Source: Pseudomonadota bacterium
GTDB taxonomy: Bacteria; Pseudomonadota; Alphaproteobacteria; Acetobacterales; Acetobacteraceae
Direction: 5' to 3'
NCBI GenBank assembly: GCA_021807785.1
Contig: JAKBCO010000001.1
Location: forward strand, 1 to 41,236
DNA length: 41,236 nt
Shown: piece after piece, positions 16,637 through 24,075 of the stretch
Layout: each line of letters opens with the position of its first letter
How positions within the stretch are numbered: the stretch's first letter is position 1
Translations under genes and position numbers: made by a program
The notes under the pieces: generated by a model
What the model was told of the DNA's origin: nothing
What the model saw: only the letters and a program-made list of their open reading frames with translations
The model's database searches: none

Positions 16637-18115
16637 ATGCCGCAGGAACGGCCGCGCTGCGCGGTGGTCGATCTCGGGTCGAACTCGGTCCGGCTGGTGG
16701 TCTATGAGGGGCGTGCCCGCAACCCGGTGGCGATCTTCAACGAGAAGGCGGTGCTGCGCCTGGGCCGCGGCCTGCAAGCCACCGGCAGGCTGCACCCGGA
16801 CGGCATGGCGCGCGCCTTCGTGGTGCTGGCGCGCTATCACGCGGTGGCCCGGGCGATGGGGGCGGCGCCGATCGAGGTGCTGGCCACCGCGGCGGTGCGC
16901 GATGCCGCCAACGGCGCGGCGTTCGTCGCCGACCTGGGCGCGCGCCTGCCGGGGGTGGCGATCCGCGTGCTGTCGGGAACCGACGAGGCCGATCTCGCGG
17001 CGCGCGGCGTGCTGTGCGGCATCCCCGACGCCGATGGGGTGGTCGCCGATATCGGCGGCGGGTCGCTGGAACTGCTGCGCATCAGCGGGGGCGGCCATGC
17101 CGGGGCGCGCACCCTGGGCCTCGGCGTGATCCGCCTGGCCGAACGCGCCGGCAACGATCCCGACCGGGCGCGCGCCATCGTCGATGCCGATCTGGATGCG
17201 GTGCCCTGGCTCGGCGAGATGGCCGAGCGCGATCTCTATCTGGTCGGCGGCGCCTGGCGGGCGCTGGCGCGGGTTCACATGGCGCAGGTCGCCTATCCGC
17301 TGCGCATGGTCCACCAGTACACGATCGGGCGGGAGGAGGCGCGGGAACTCGCGGTGATGATCGCCACCGCCGGCCGCCGCGCGCTGGAACGTCTGCCCGG
17401 GATGCCGCGCCGGCGGATCGAGGACCTGCCCTTCGCCGCCACCGTGCTGCGCCGGCTGCTGCGCCTCGGCGCGCCGCGCCGGGTGGTGTTCTCCGCCTCC
17501 GGCTTGCGCGAAGGCTGGTATCTGAGCCGGATCCCGCCCGAGATCGCGGCCGAGGACCCGCTGCTGGCGGCCGGGCGGCACTATGCCGGCTTCCTCGGCC
17601 GCGATACCGAAATGCCGCCGGCGCTGATCGGCTGGACCGCGGCGCTGTTCCCCGACGAACCCAGCGCCGCCCGCCGGCTGCGGGAGGCCGCCTGCTGGAT
17701 GTCCGACCTCGGCGCCCGCGACCATCCCGAGTTCCGCGCCGAGCAGGCGTTCCTGCGCGTGTTCCGCCAGCCCGGGATCGGGCTCGACCACACCGCGCGT
17801 GCCTTCCTGGCCCTCACCATCGCGCTGCGTTACGAGGCCGATCCGGAGATGCCGTTCCTGCGTCCCGCCCGCACGTTGCTCGATGTGGCGGCGGCGCACC
17901 GGGCGGAGGTGCTGGGGATGGCGCTGCGGCTGGCCTACTCGCTGTCGGCCGGCACGCCGGAACTGCTGGCCGGCGTCGCACTGCGGGTGGAGGACGGGCG
18001 GCTCGCGCTGCGGCTCGATCCCGCCGCCGGGCTGTTCGAGGGCGACAGCGTGATCCGCCGGCTGGACCGGCTGGCGCAGGCGATGGGGCTCGAGCCGGTC
18101 GCGTCAGTCGAGTAG
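16637..18115 (+). CDS. ppx: Exopolyphosphatase (Ppx/GppA family)
   Basis: AVVDLGSNSVRLVVYE...VLATAAVRDAANG...DIGGGSLEL are the ASKHA phosphate-binding motifs of Ppx/GppA. ATG 16637 lies 2 nt after the ppk stop. The alternative start is TTG 16631, which the track uses. Confidence 0.9.
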   Translation: MPQERPRCAVVDLGSNSVRLVVYEGRARNPVAIFNEKAVLRLGRGLQATGRLHPDGMARAFVVLARYHAVARAMGAAPIEVLATAAVRDAANGAAFVADLGARLPGVAIRVLSGTDEADLAARGVLCGIPDADGVVADIGGGSLELLRISGGGHAGARTLGLGVIRLAERAGNDPDRARAIVDADLDAVPWLGEMAERDLYLVGGAWRALARVHMAQVAYPLRMVHQYTIGREEARELAVMIATAGRRALERLPGMPRRRIEDLPFAATVLRRLLRLGAPRRVVFSASGLREGWYLSRIPPEIAAEDPLLAAGRHYAGFLGRDTEMPPALIGWTAALFPDEPSAARRLREAACWMSDLGARDHPEFRAEQAFLRVFRQPGIGLDHTARAFLALTIALRYEADPEMPFLRPARTLLDVAAAHRAEVLGMALRLAYSLSAGTPELLAGVALRVEDGRLALRLDPAAGLFEGDSVIRRLDRLAQAMGLEPVASVE

Positions 18116-19822
18116 CGGGGCGACCTCCGCCAGCGTCGCCGGCGCTTCCCCCAGCAGCAGGTTGGCGGCGGGGGTTTCCCATTCCGCCAGGGCCGGGGCC
18201 AGCGGGTCGCGCGGGGTCAGCCGGTGTTCCAGCACCATCCGCGCCAGCAGGGCGCGGCGCGCGTCCGCGCCGGGGCGGGTGGCTTCCCACGCCATCAGCA
18301 CCGCGCTGGCGGCGTCATAGAGGGCGCGCGCGGCCTGACGGGCCAGGGCGTCTTCGGGGGCGGCGGCGGCGAGGGCCTCGGCGCGGTCCCAGGCGTGGCC
18401 GAGGCGGGCGCGGAACCCGGCCGGCAGGGCGGCGGCCTGAGCGAGCCGGCCGCGCAGCAGCGCCCCCAGCGCCCGCTGCGCCCCCAGCTTGCCCACCGCG
18501 CGGCCGATCACGTCCAGCGCGTTGATGTTGCTGGTGCCTTCCCAGAGCAGCCCGACCTGAGCATCGCGGATCAGCCGGGCGGTGACGTAGTCCTCGATGT
18601 AGCCGTTGCCGCCACGCGCCTCCATCGCCCCGGTGGCGACGGGGATGTTGTCGCGGCAGGCGCGGAGCTTCAGCAGCCCGGTCAGGAGGCGCAACTCCGC
18701 CGCGGCGCCGCGGTCCAGGGCGTCGGCGGTGGCGAAGGTCATCGACAGCGCCTGCGCGGCCGGCACCATCAGCTTGAGCAACTGCCGGCGCATCAGCGGG
18801 AAATCGATCACCGCGCGGCCGAAGGCGTTGCGCCCGCGCGCGGCCGCCAGCGCCTCGTTCACGCAACGGCGCATCATGCCGGCGGCGCGCGCGCCGTGCG
18901 ACAGGCGCGAGCGGTTCACCTGCTCCATCATCTGCCGGATCCCGGCATCGGCGGGGCCGACCAGATAGGCTTCCGCCGTGTGCAGGTCGATCTCGCCGCT
19001 GGCCATGGATTTCGTGCCGAGCTTGTCCTTGAGCCGGACGATCCGGTACGAATTGCGGCTGCCGTCGCGGCGCCGCCGCGGCAGGGCGAACAGCGCGAGG
19101 CCGCCGGTGCCGGCGGGCGCGCCCTCCGGCCGGGCCAGGATCAGCGCCACGTCGGCATCGGCGTGCGAGTTGAACCATTTGTTGCCGGTCAGCAACCAGC
19201 GGTCGCCGTCCGGCACCGCGCGCGTGCGGATGGCCCCGACATCCGAGCCGCCCTCGCGCTCGGTCATGAACTGGGTGCCTTTCCACATCGTTTCCGGATC
19301 GGCCGAGAGCATCCGCGGCAGCAGGTAGGCCTGCAATTCGGGGCTGGCGAAGCGGCGCAGGATGTGGATCGAGGTATCGGTGACGCTGACCGGGCACATC
19401 AGGCCGAACTCGGCCTGGGTGAACAGATACTGGAAGGCGTATTTCGCCACCGAAGGCAGGGCCGCGTCCTGGCCGAGCACGCCGGCGCGGTGCGACATGG
19501 CGTGGAAGGCGAAGTCGCCGAACGCGATTTGCTCCATCTCGCGGTAGGCCGGATGGTATTCGATCCAGTCCTCGTCGTTGCCGTAGCGGTCGCGGGGATG
19601 CAGCACCGGGCCGTGACGGTCGGCGATCCGCGCCAGGGCGTCGAGCCGCCCGCCGGCAATCTGGCCCAGGCGGGCGAAATGCGGGGTCAGGGCGTCGTGC
19701 CAGCGTGGCGGCAGGTAGATCGCCAGCAGGTCGCGCAGCGACCGGTCGATGGCGAAAAAATCGAGGCCGGCGCAATCGGGCGGGATCAGCGGCGCGGGGG
19801 CCAGGGGCGGCATGGCGTTCAT
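18104..19822 (-). CDS. AidB-like acyl-CoA dehydrogenase family protein
   Basis: 572-aa ORF with FMTEREGGSDV, NKWFNSHADAD, EARGGNGYIEDY and LWEGTSNI, which are long AidB-type ACAD features. SD GAAGGAG lies 7 nt before the ATG. The 3' end overlaps the convergent ppx by 12 nt. Confidence 0.85.
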   Translation of the reverse strand: MNAMPPLAPAPLIPPDCAGLDFFAIDRSLRDLLAIYLPPRWHDALTPHFARLGQIAGGRLDALARIADRHGPVLHPRDRYGNDEDWIEYHPAYREMEQIAFGDFAFHAMSHRAGVLGQDAALPSVAKYAFQYLFTQAEFGLMCPVSVTDTSIHILRRFASPELQAYLLPRMLSADPETMWKGTQFMTEREGGSDVGAIRTRAVPDGDRWLLTGNKWFNSHADADVALILARPEGAPAGTGGLALFALPRRRRDGSRNSYRIVRLKDKLGTKSMASGEIDLHTAEAYLVGPADAGIRQMMEQVNRSRLSHGARAAGMMRRCVNEALAAARGRNAFGRAVIDFPLMRRQLLKLMVPAAQALSMTFATADALDRGAAAELRLLTGLLKLRACRDNIPVATGAMEARGGNGYIEDYVTARLIRDAQVGLLWEGTSNINALDVIGRAVGKLGAQRALGALLRGRLAQAAALPAGFRARLGHAWDRAEALAAAAPEDALARQAARALYDAASAVLMAWEATRPGADARRALLARMVLEHRLTPRDPLAPALAEWETPAANLLLGEAPATLAEVAPLLD

Positions 19823-19918
19823 GGGCCGGCTCCTTCAGCGGTGGCGCCGGTCCTACCCGGGTTATGGTGGGGCCGCCATCGCTTTCCCGGCCCGATGGTT
19901 TGAGCGAGACTCAACCTC
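19823..19918. promoter_or_regulatory. Divergent promoter/operator region between the AidB-like gene and the LysR regulator, with two small palindromes
   Basis: ATGGTGGGGCCGCCAT lies at 19864-19879. TTGAG-CGAGA-CTCAA lies at 19900-19914, ending 4 nt before the LysR ATG. Divergent LysR/target-gene pairs normally carry T-N11-A-type boxes in this kind of spacer. Confidence 0.35.
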
Positions 19919-20848
19919 ATGCCCTGGCGCCGCCTGCCCAAGCTGCACGCCGTCCGCGCCTTCGAGGCCGCCGCGCGGCACCTGTCGGTCACCCGCGCCG
20001 CCGAGGAGCTGGCGCTGACCCCCGGGGCGGTCAGCCGGCATCTGCGTGGACTGGAAGCGGCGCTGGGGCACGCCCTGTTCCTGCGCCGCCCGTCCGGCCT
20101 GGTGCTGACGGCCCCGGGGGCGGCCCTGGCCGAGGCCTGCCGCACCGCGCTGGACGGTATCGCCGATGCCGCCGCCGGGGTGCGGCTGCGCCCGCCCCGG
20201 CGGCTGTCCATCGGCGCCTACGGACTGTTCGCCGCCCGGTTCCTGCTGCCGCGCTGGGCGGCGCTGGCGCTGGCGCATCCGGATCTGGCGGTGGAGCTGC
20301 ACACCAGCTCGAGCCCGCTCGACCTGGTGCCGGCCCGGCATGACGCGGTGATCGCGGTGACCGACGGCGCGCCGCGGGCCGGGCTCCTCTCCCATCGGCT
20401 GCTGCCGATCGCCACCGTTCCGGTTTGTGCGCCGTCCTTTCTTGCCGCTGGGCCGGCGGATTTCGCGACGGTGCCCAAGCTGCACGCCCGCCCGCGCCCG
20501 GATGACTGGCGGCGCTGGCTGGATCATGCCGGCTTCGGCGCGGTGCCGGCGGAGTCCGGCAGCAGCTTCGAGAGCATCGGCCTGGCGCTGGAGGCCGCTG
20601 CCGCCGGGCTGGGCTTCGCCATCGCCATCGAGGCGCTGCTCGGCCCCGACCTGGCGCGGGGCGCGGTGGCGCGGGCGCATAAGCTGGCGCGGCCGACCCG
20701 GCGCTGGTTCGTCTTGCAGTACGAGCTGCGCCACGAGGCCGACCCGGCGCTGGCCGCCTTCGCCGGCTGGCTGTGCGCGGCCTGCGCTCAGGAGGTGGCC
20801 ATCGGCAGCGCCGGATCGGGCGCCCATTCCGAGAGCGAGGCGTCATAG
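19919..20848 (+). CDS. LysR-family transcriptional regulator (GcvA-like subgroup)
   Basis: The N-terminal LPKLHAVRAFEAAARHLSVTRAAEELALTPGAVSRHLRGLE is the LysR wHTH. It is followed by a LysR substrate-binding domain (LSIGAYGLFAARFLLPRW...). Length is 309 aa. Confidence 0.9.
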   Translation: MPWRRLPKLHAVRAFEAAARHLSVTRAAEELALTPGAVSRHLRGLEAALGHALFLRRPSGLVLTAPGAALAEACRTALDGIADAAAGVRLRPPRRLSIGAYGLFAARFLLPRWAALALAHPDLAVELHTSSSPLDLVPARHDAVIAVTDGAPRAGLLSHRLLPIATVPVCAPSFLAAGPADFATVPKLHARPRPDDWRRWLDHAGFGAVPAESGSSFESIGLALEAAAAGLGFAIAIEALLGPDLARGAVARAHKLARPTRRWFVLQYELRHEADPALAAFAGWLCAACAQEVAIGSAGSGAHSESEAS

Positions 20849-21663
20849 ACGCGCACCTCCGGCTGGCCCAGCATGGTCAGCACCAGCGCATCGCCGCTGG
20901 CGGCGATCCCGCCGCCGCAATAGGCGATGACCGGCCGGTCCAGCGCGCCGGCGGCGGCGAATTTCGCGCGCAGCTCCTCGGCCGGGCGCAGCCGCCCGGT
21001 GGCGGGATCCACCAGCTCGGCCGCCGGCACGTTCACGCTGCCGGCGATATGGCCGGGGCGGCCATAGCTGTTGCCGCCGGTGCCGGCGTGCTGGGCGGCG
21101 GTCAGGGCGTTGAGCGTGCAGACGCCGCCATCGGCCAGGGCGACCAGCACATCGGCCTTGTCGGCCATCAGCGGGCGCGGCGGGGCGGCGACGAAATCGC
21201 CCTCCCGCGGCGCGGGTTCGGGGCCGCGGGCGATCGGATGGCCGCCGGCCTGCCAGGCGGCCAGCCCACCATCCAGCACCGCGGCATTGTCGTGGCCGAA
21301 GACGCGCAGCAGCCACCAGACCCGGCTCGCCCACCAGAAATTGGCGGTGGAATAGAGGATCACCCGGTCGCCGCGATGCACCCCGAGCCGCCGCATCGCG
21401 GCCTGGAAGCGTGCCTGGGTGGGGCACATGAAGCGCAGCTTCGCGTCCGGATCGGAGACGTCTTCCTGCACGTCGATGAAGCGGGCGCCCGGGATATGCG
21501 CGGTCTCGAAATCCGCCCGCCCCGACACGACCCGATAGGGCTTGCCGGGTTCGGGGAGCAGATGGGTGGTGCAGTCGAAGACGCGCAGGCCGGGGTCCGA
21601 CCGATGGGCGGCGAGCCATTCGGGGGCGACCAGGGAGTCGGGGTGGGGGAAGCCTTCGCTCAC
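20788..21663 (-). CDS. Two-domain rhodanese sulfurtransferase (thiosulfate/3-mercaptopyruvate sulfurtransferase type)
   Basis: 291 aa with LVAPEWLAAH...RVFDCT, HIPGARFID, HIAGSVNVP and the active-site loop AYCGGGIAAS. The GTG start at 21663 overlaps the upstream TGA (GTGA). Confidence 0.85.
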   Translation of the reverse strand: MSEGFPHPDSLVAPEWLAAHRSDPGLRVFDCTTHLLPEPGKPYRVVSGRADFETAHIPGARFIDVQEDVSDPDAKLRFMCPTQARFQAAMRRLGVHRGDRVILYSTANFWWASRVWWLLRVFGHDNAAVLDGGLAAWQAGGHPIARGPEPAPREGDFVAAPPRPLMADKADVLVALADGGVCTLNALTAAQHAGTGGNSYGRPGHIAGSVNVPAAELVDPATGRLRPAEELRAKFAAAGALDRPVIAYCGGGIAASGDALVLTMLGQPEVRVYDASLSEWAPDPALPMATS

Positions 21664-22073
21664 GGGTGGCCTCCCGCCGGCAGTTCCGCCAGCTCGATCA
21701 GCGTGCCCCCGGTGGAGGCGGGATCGAGAAACGCGATCCGCGATCCGCCATGCCCCGGTCGCGGGGTCTCGTCGCGCAGCTTCACCCCCTTGGCGCGCAG
21801 TTCGTCCAGCGCGGCGTCGATATCCTCCACCTCGAAGCAGATATGGAACAGCCCGGTCCCGCGCTCGGCGATCCAGGACCGCACCCCGTCGCCCTCGGCG
21901 GCACCTTCCAGCAGCTCCACATAGGTCTCCCCCACCGGCAGCATCGCCAGCCGGATGGAGCCGATCCGCTCCTCGTATTCCAGCGGAATCCCGAACGTGT
22001 CGCGGAACAGCGCCATCGCCCGGTCCAGTCCGTCGGTGGCGATCGCCACGTGCTCGATGCGCTTGATCTTCAT
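21660..22073 (-). CDS. mce: Methylmalonyl-CoA epimerase (VOC/glyoxalase superfamily)
   Basis: 137 aa with IEHVAIATDGLDRAMALFRDTFG...VELLEG...GLFHICFEVEDIDAALDELRAKGVKL...GGSRIAFLDP. SD GAGGAGG lies upstream. Confidence 0.82.
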   Translation of the reverse strand: MKIKRIEHVAIATDGLDRAMALFRDTFGIPLEYEERIGSIRLAMLPVGETYVELLEGAAEGDGVRSWIAERGTGLFHICFEVEDIDAALDELRAKGVKLRDETPRPGHGGSRIAFLDPASTGGTLIELAELPAGGHP

Positions 22074-22083
22074 CGCCGCCTCC

Positions 22084-22830
22084 TCAGGAGATCGTCACGC
22101 CGGAATCCACCGGCAGGATCTGCCCGGTGATCATCCGGGATTCGCCGCAGGCGAGGAACAGCGCCGCCGCCGCGATATCCTCGGGTGCGATCGGGCCGAG
22201 CAGGTGGGATTTCGCCAACTGTCCCAGCGCCGGGTTGCCCGCCAGCAGCGCCTTCACCCGCTCGGTCATGGTGGCCGACGGCGCCAGCGCGTTCACCCGC
22301 ACCCGCGCGGGGGCGAACTCCACCGCCAGCGACCGGGTCAGGGCCGCCACCGCGCCCTTTGCGGCGGTGTAGCAATCCCGCCCGGGGATTCCCATCAGCG
22401 CCAGGTTGGAGGCCATGTTGATGACGCTGCCGCCGCCGGCGCGCGCCAGTGCCGGAATCCCGAACCGGCAGCCCAGGAAGGTGCCGAACAGGTCCAGCTT
22501 GATGACCCGCCAGAACTCCTCAAGCGGGGCGTCCACCGCCGAGCCGTCCCGCGGGGTCGAGCCGCCGGCATTGTTGTGCAGGATGTGCAGCGCGCCGAAA
22601 TGCGCCTCCGCCTGGCGCAGCGCGGCTTCGATGCTGTCCGGTTCGGTCACGTCGGTGGGAATGGCGATGGCGCCGTGGCCGGCCAGATGCGCGGTCTCCT
22701 CCCCGGCGGGGGCGTTGCGTTCGGCCACCACCACCCTTGCCCCCTCGGCGGCGAAGGCCAGCGCCGTCGCCCGGCCGATGCCGGTTCCGGCCCCGGTGAT
22801 GAAGGCAACCCGTCCGTCCAGCCGCGCCAT
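22084..22830 (-). CDS. SDR-family oxidoreductase
   Basis: 248 aa with GRVAFITGAGTGIGR, NNAG, and S...YTAAK catalytic residues. SD AAGGGGGG lies 7 nt before the ATG. Confidence 0.88.
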   Translation of the reverse strand: MARLDGRVAFITGAGTGIGRATALAFAAEGARVVVAERNAPAGEETAHLAGHGAIAIPTDVTEPDSIEAALRQAEAHFGALHILHNNAGGSTPRDGSAVDAPLEEFWRVIKLDLFGTFLGCRFGIPALARAGGGSVINMASNLALMGIPGRDCYTAAKGAVAALTRSLAVEFAPARVRVNALAPSATMTERVKALLAGNPALGQLAKSHLLGPIAPEDIAAAALFLACGESRMITGQILPVDSGVTIS

Positions 22831-22861
22831 GAGCTGCCCCCCTTGGATCGAAGCGGGGAGG

Positions 22862-23455
22862 CTACGCCGCCGCGACCAGCCGTTCCACCCCCGCGCAGGC
22901 GTCGGCGAGGGCGGTCAGGGTGGCATGCACCACCGCTTCCGGCACGGCATCGGCCAGCCGCGCCCGGCCGGTGATGACGCGCTGGGTCACCAGCCGGCCG
23001 CCCCGGCGCAGCACCAGCGCCAGCCGGACCTCCGCCTGCCCGCGCGCGGGCTCGCCCAGGAACGCGGTCAGCTCGCCCTCCAGGGTCAGCGTCGGGGCGA
23101 GACCGCTGTCCGGCCCCACCACCGCGCCGAACCGCCCAGAGGCGGCGAGCCAGCGGCGCAGCGCGTCGGTCACCCCCTCGGCCGGCGGCACCGCCCATTG
23201 GTTGTAGAAATCCACATGCAGGCTGCCATCCGGGCGCAGCCATTCCACCCCGGTCGCGTCCAGCCCGGGGCCGGCGGAGAGGTCCCGCACCGCCAGTACC
23301 GGCGCCCCGGGCGGGGCGGCCAGCCGCACCGGGCGACGGGCGCGGATCGGCCAGACGCTGCGTTCCACATAGGCCGGGCGGGCCAGCACGCCGCAGCCGC
23401 CCAGCGCGCTTGCGGCGGCGACGCCCAGCAGGGCCCGGCGCGAACCCGGGGTCAC
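22862..23455 (-). CDS. Lipoprotein of the ABC-type transport auxiliary component family (PqiC/YmbA-like, DUF330)
   Basis: Trimmed from track ORF 22862..24058 to GTG 23455, which overlaps the TGA of the upstream GNAT gene (GTGA). It has a signal/lipobox RRALLGVAAASALGGC. FYNQWAVPPAEGVTDALRRWLAASGRFGAVV resembles the conserved 'y..n.rWa.pl...l...L..sg.f' block of this family. Length is 197 aa. Confidence 0.68.
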   Translation of the reverse strand: MTPGSRRALLGVAAASALGGCGVLARPAYVERSVWPIRARRPVRLAAPPGAPVLAVRDLSAGPGLDATGVEWLRPDGSLHVDFYNQWAVPPAEGVTDALRRWLAASGRFGAVVGPDSGLAPTLTLEGELTAFLGEPARGQAEVRLALVLRRGGRLVTQRVITGRARLADAVPEAVVHATLTALADACAGVERLVAAA

Positions 23456-23994
23456 GCCGCCGCCGGTGCCGGGGCGCGGAGTTCGGCGCGGATCACCCCG
23501 GCCTCGCCCGGCAGGTGATCCAGCCGGAAGCCGAGGAATCGGGCCAGGTCCAGCATCGGCTCGTTGTCGGCCAGGATCTCGCCCACCACGAGGCGCAGCC
23601 CGTGCCGCCAGCCCCAGTCCAGCACCAGCTGCATCAGATGCACGCCGAGACCGTGGCCCTTCAGCGCATCGTCCACCACCACCGCGAATTCGGCAGCCGC
23701 TTGGTCCTCGCCATGCACCAGCCGCGCCACCCCCACGATCGCGCCGGAGGCCGGGCGCACCGCCACGAAGGCCATGTCGCTTGCGTAGTCCAGCCGGGTC
23801 AGCCGGGTCAGCAGCGCGGGCGAGAGTTCGCGGATGGCGGCGAAGAAGCGCAGCCGGATGTCCTCCGGCGACAGGCGGTGGAAGAACGCATCCAGCGCCG
23901 GCGCGTCTTCGGCGCGGATCGGACGCACGATCAGCCGTTCCCCGGCGCCGTCCCAGATTTCGGTCAGTTCCGCCGGATAGGCCGGCATCGGCAT
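23452..23994 (-). CDS. GNAT-family N-acetyltransferase resembling the C-terminal GNAT domain of Pat-type protein lysine acetyltransferases
   Basis: Only the last 180 codons of the 912-aa track ORF 23452..26190 are credible. They contain IVRPIRAEDAPALDAFFHRLSPEDIRLRFF...LTRLDYASDMAFVAV...IVGVARLV...AEFAVVVDDALKGHGLGVHLM...VVGEILADNEPMLDLARFLGF. ATG 23994 (MPMPAYP) directly follows GAGGAG. The second ATG at 23988 has better SD spacing and may be the real start. Confidence 0.82.
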   Translation of the reverse strand: MPMPAYPAELTEIWDGAGERLIVRPIRAEDAPALDAFFHRLSPEDIRLRFFAAIRELSPALLTRLTRLDYASDMAFVAVRPASGAIVGVARLVHGEDQAAAEFAVVVDDALKGHGLGVHLMQLVLDWGWRHGLRLVVGEILADNEPMLDLARFLGFRLDHLPGEAGVIRAELRAPAPAAA

Positions 23995-24075
23995 CTCCTC
24001 GGTCAGACTTGAGGACGCCGCCTCCTCTCGGCAGAGTGCCACAGATAGGACGCGCCACGCCAGGGAGAAGACCCG

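Noticed and set aside
14454-18525. Long ORFs overlapping ppk/ppx: 14454..16577 (707 aa, minus), 16529..17899 (456 aa, minus), 17014..18525 (503 aa, plus). Similar ORFs overlap the AidB-like gene: 18224..19903 (559 aa, plus) and 18315..19775 (486 aa, minus).
   Set aside because: These are shadow ORFs of ppk, ppx and the AidB-like gene. They have no motifs and a biased composition, and the competing frames have canonical family signatures.
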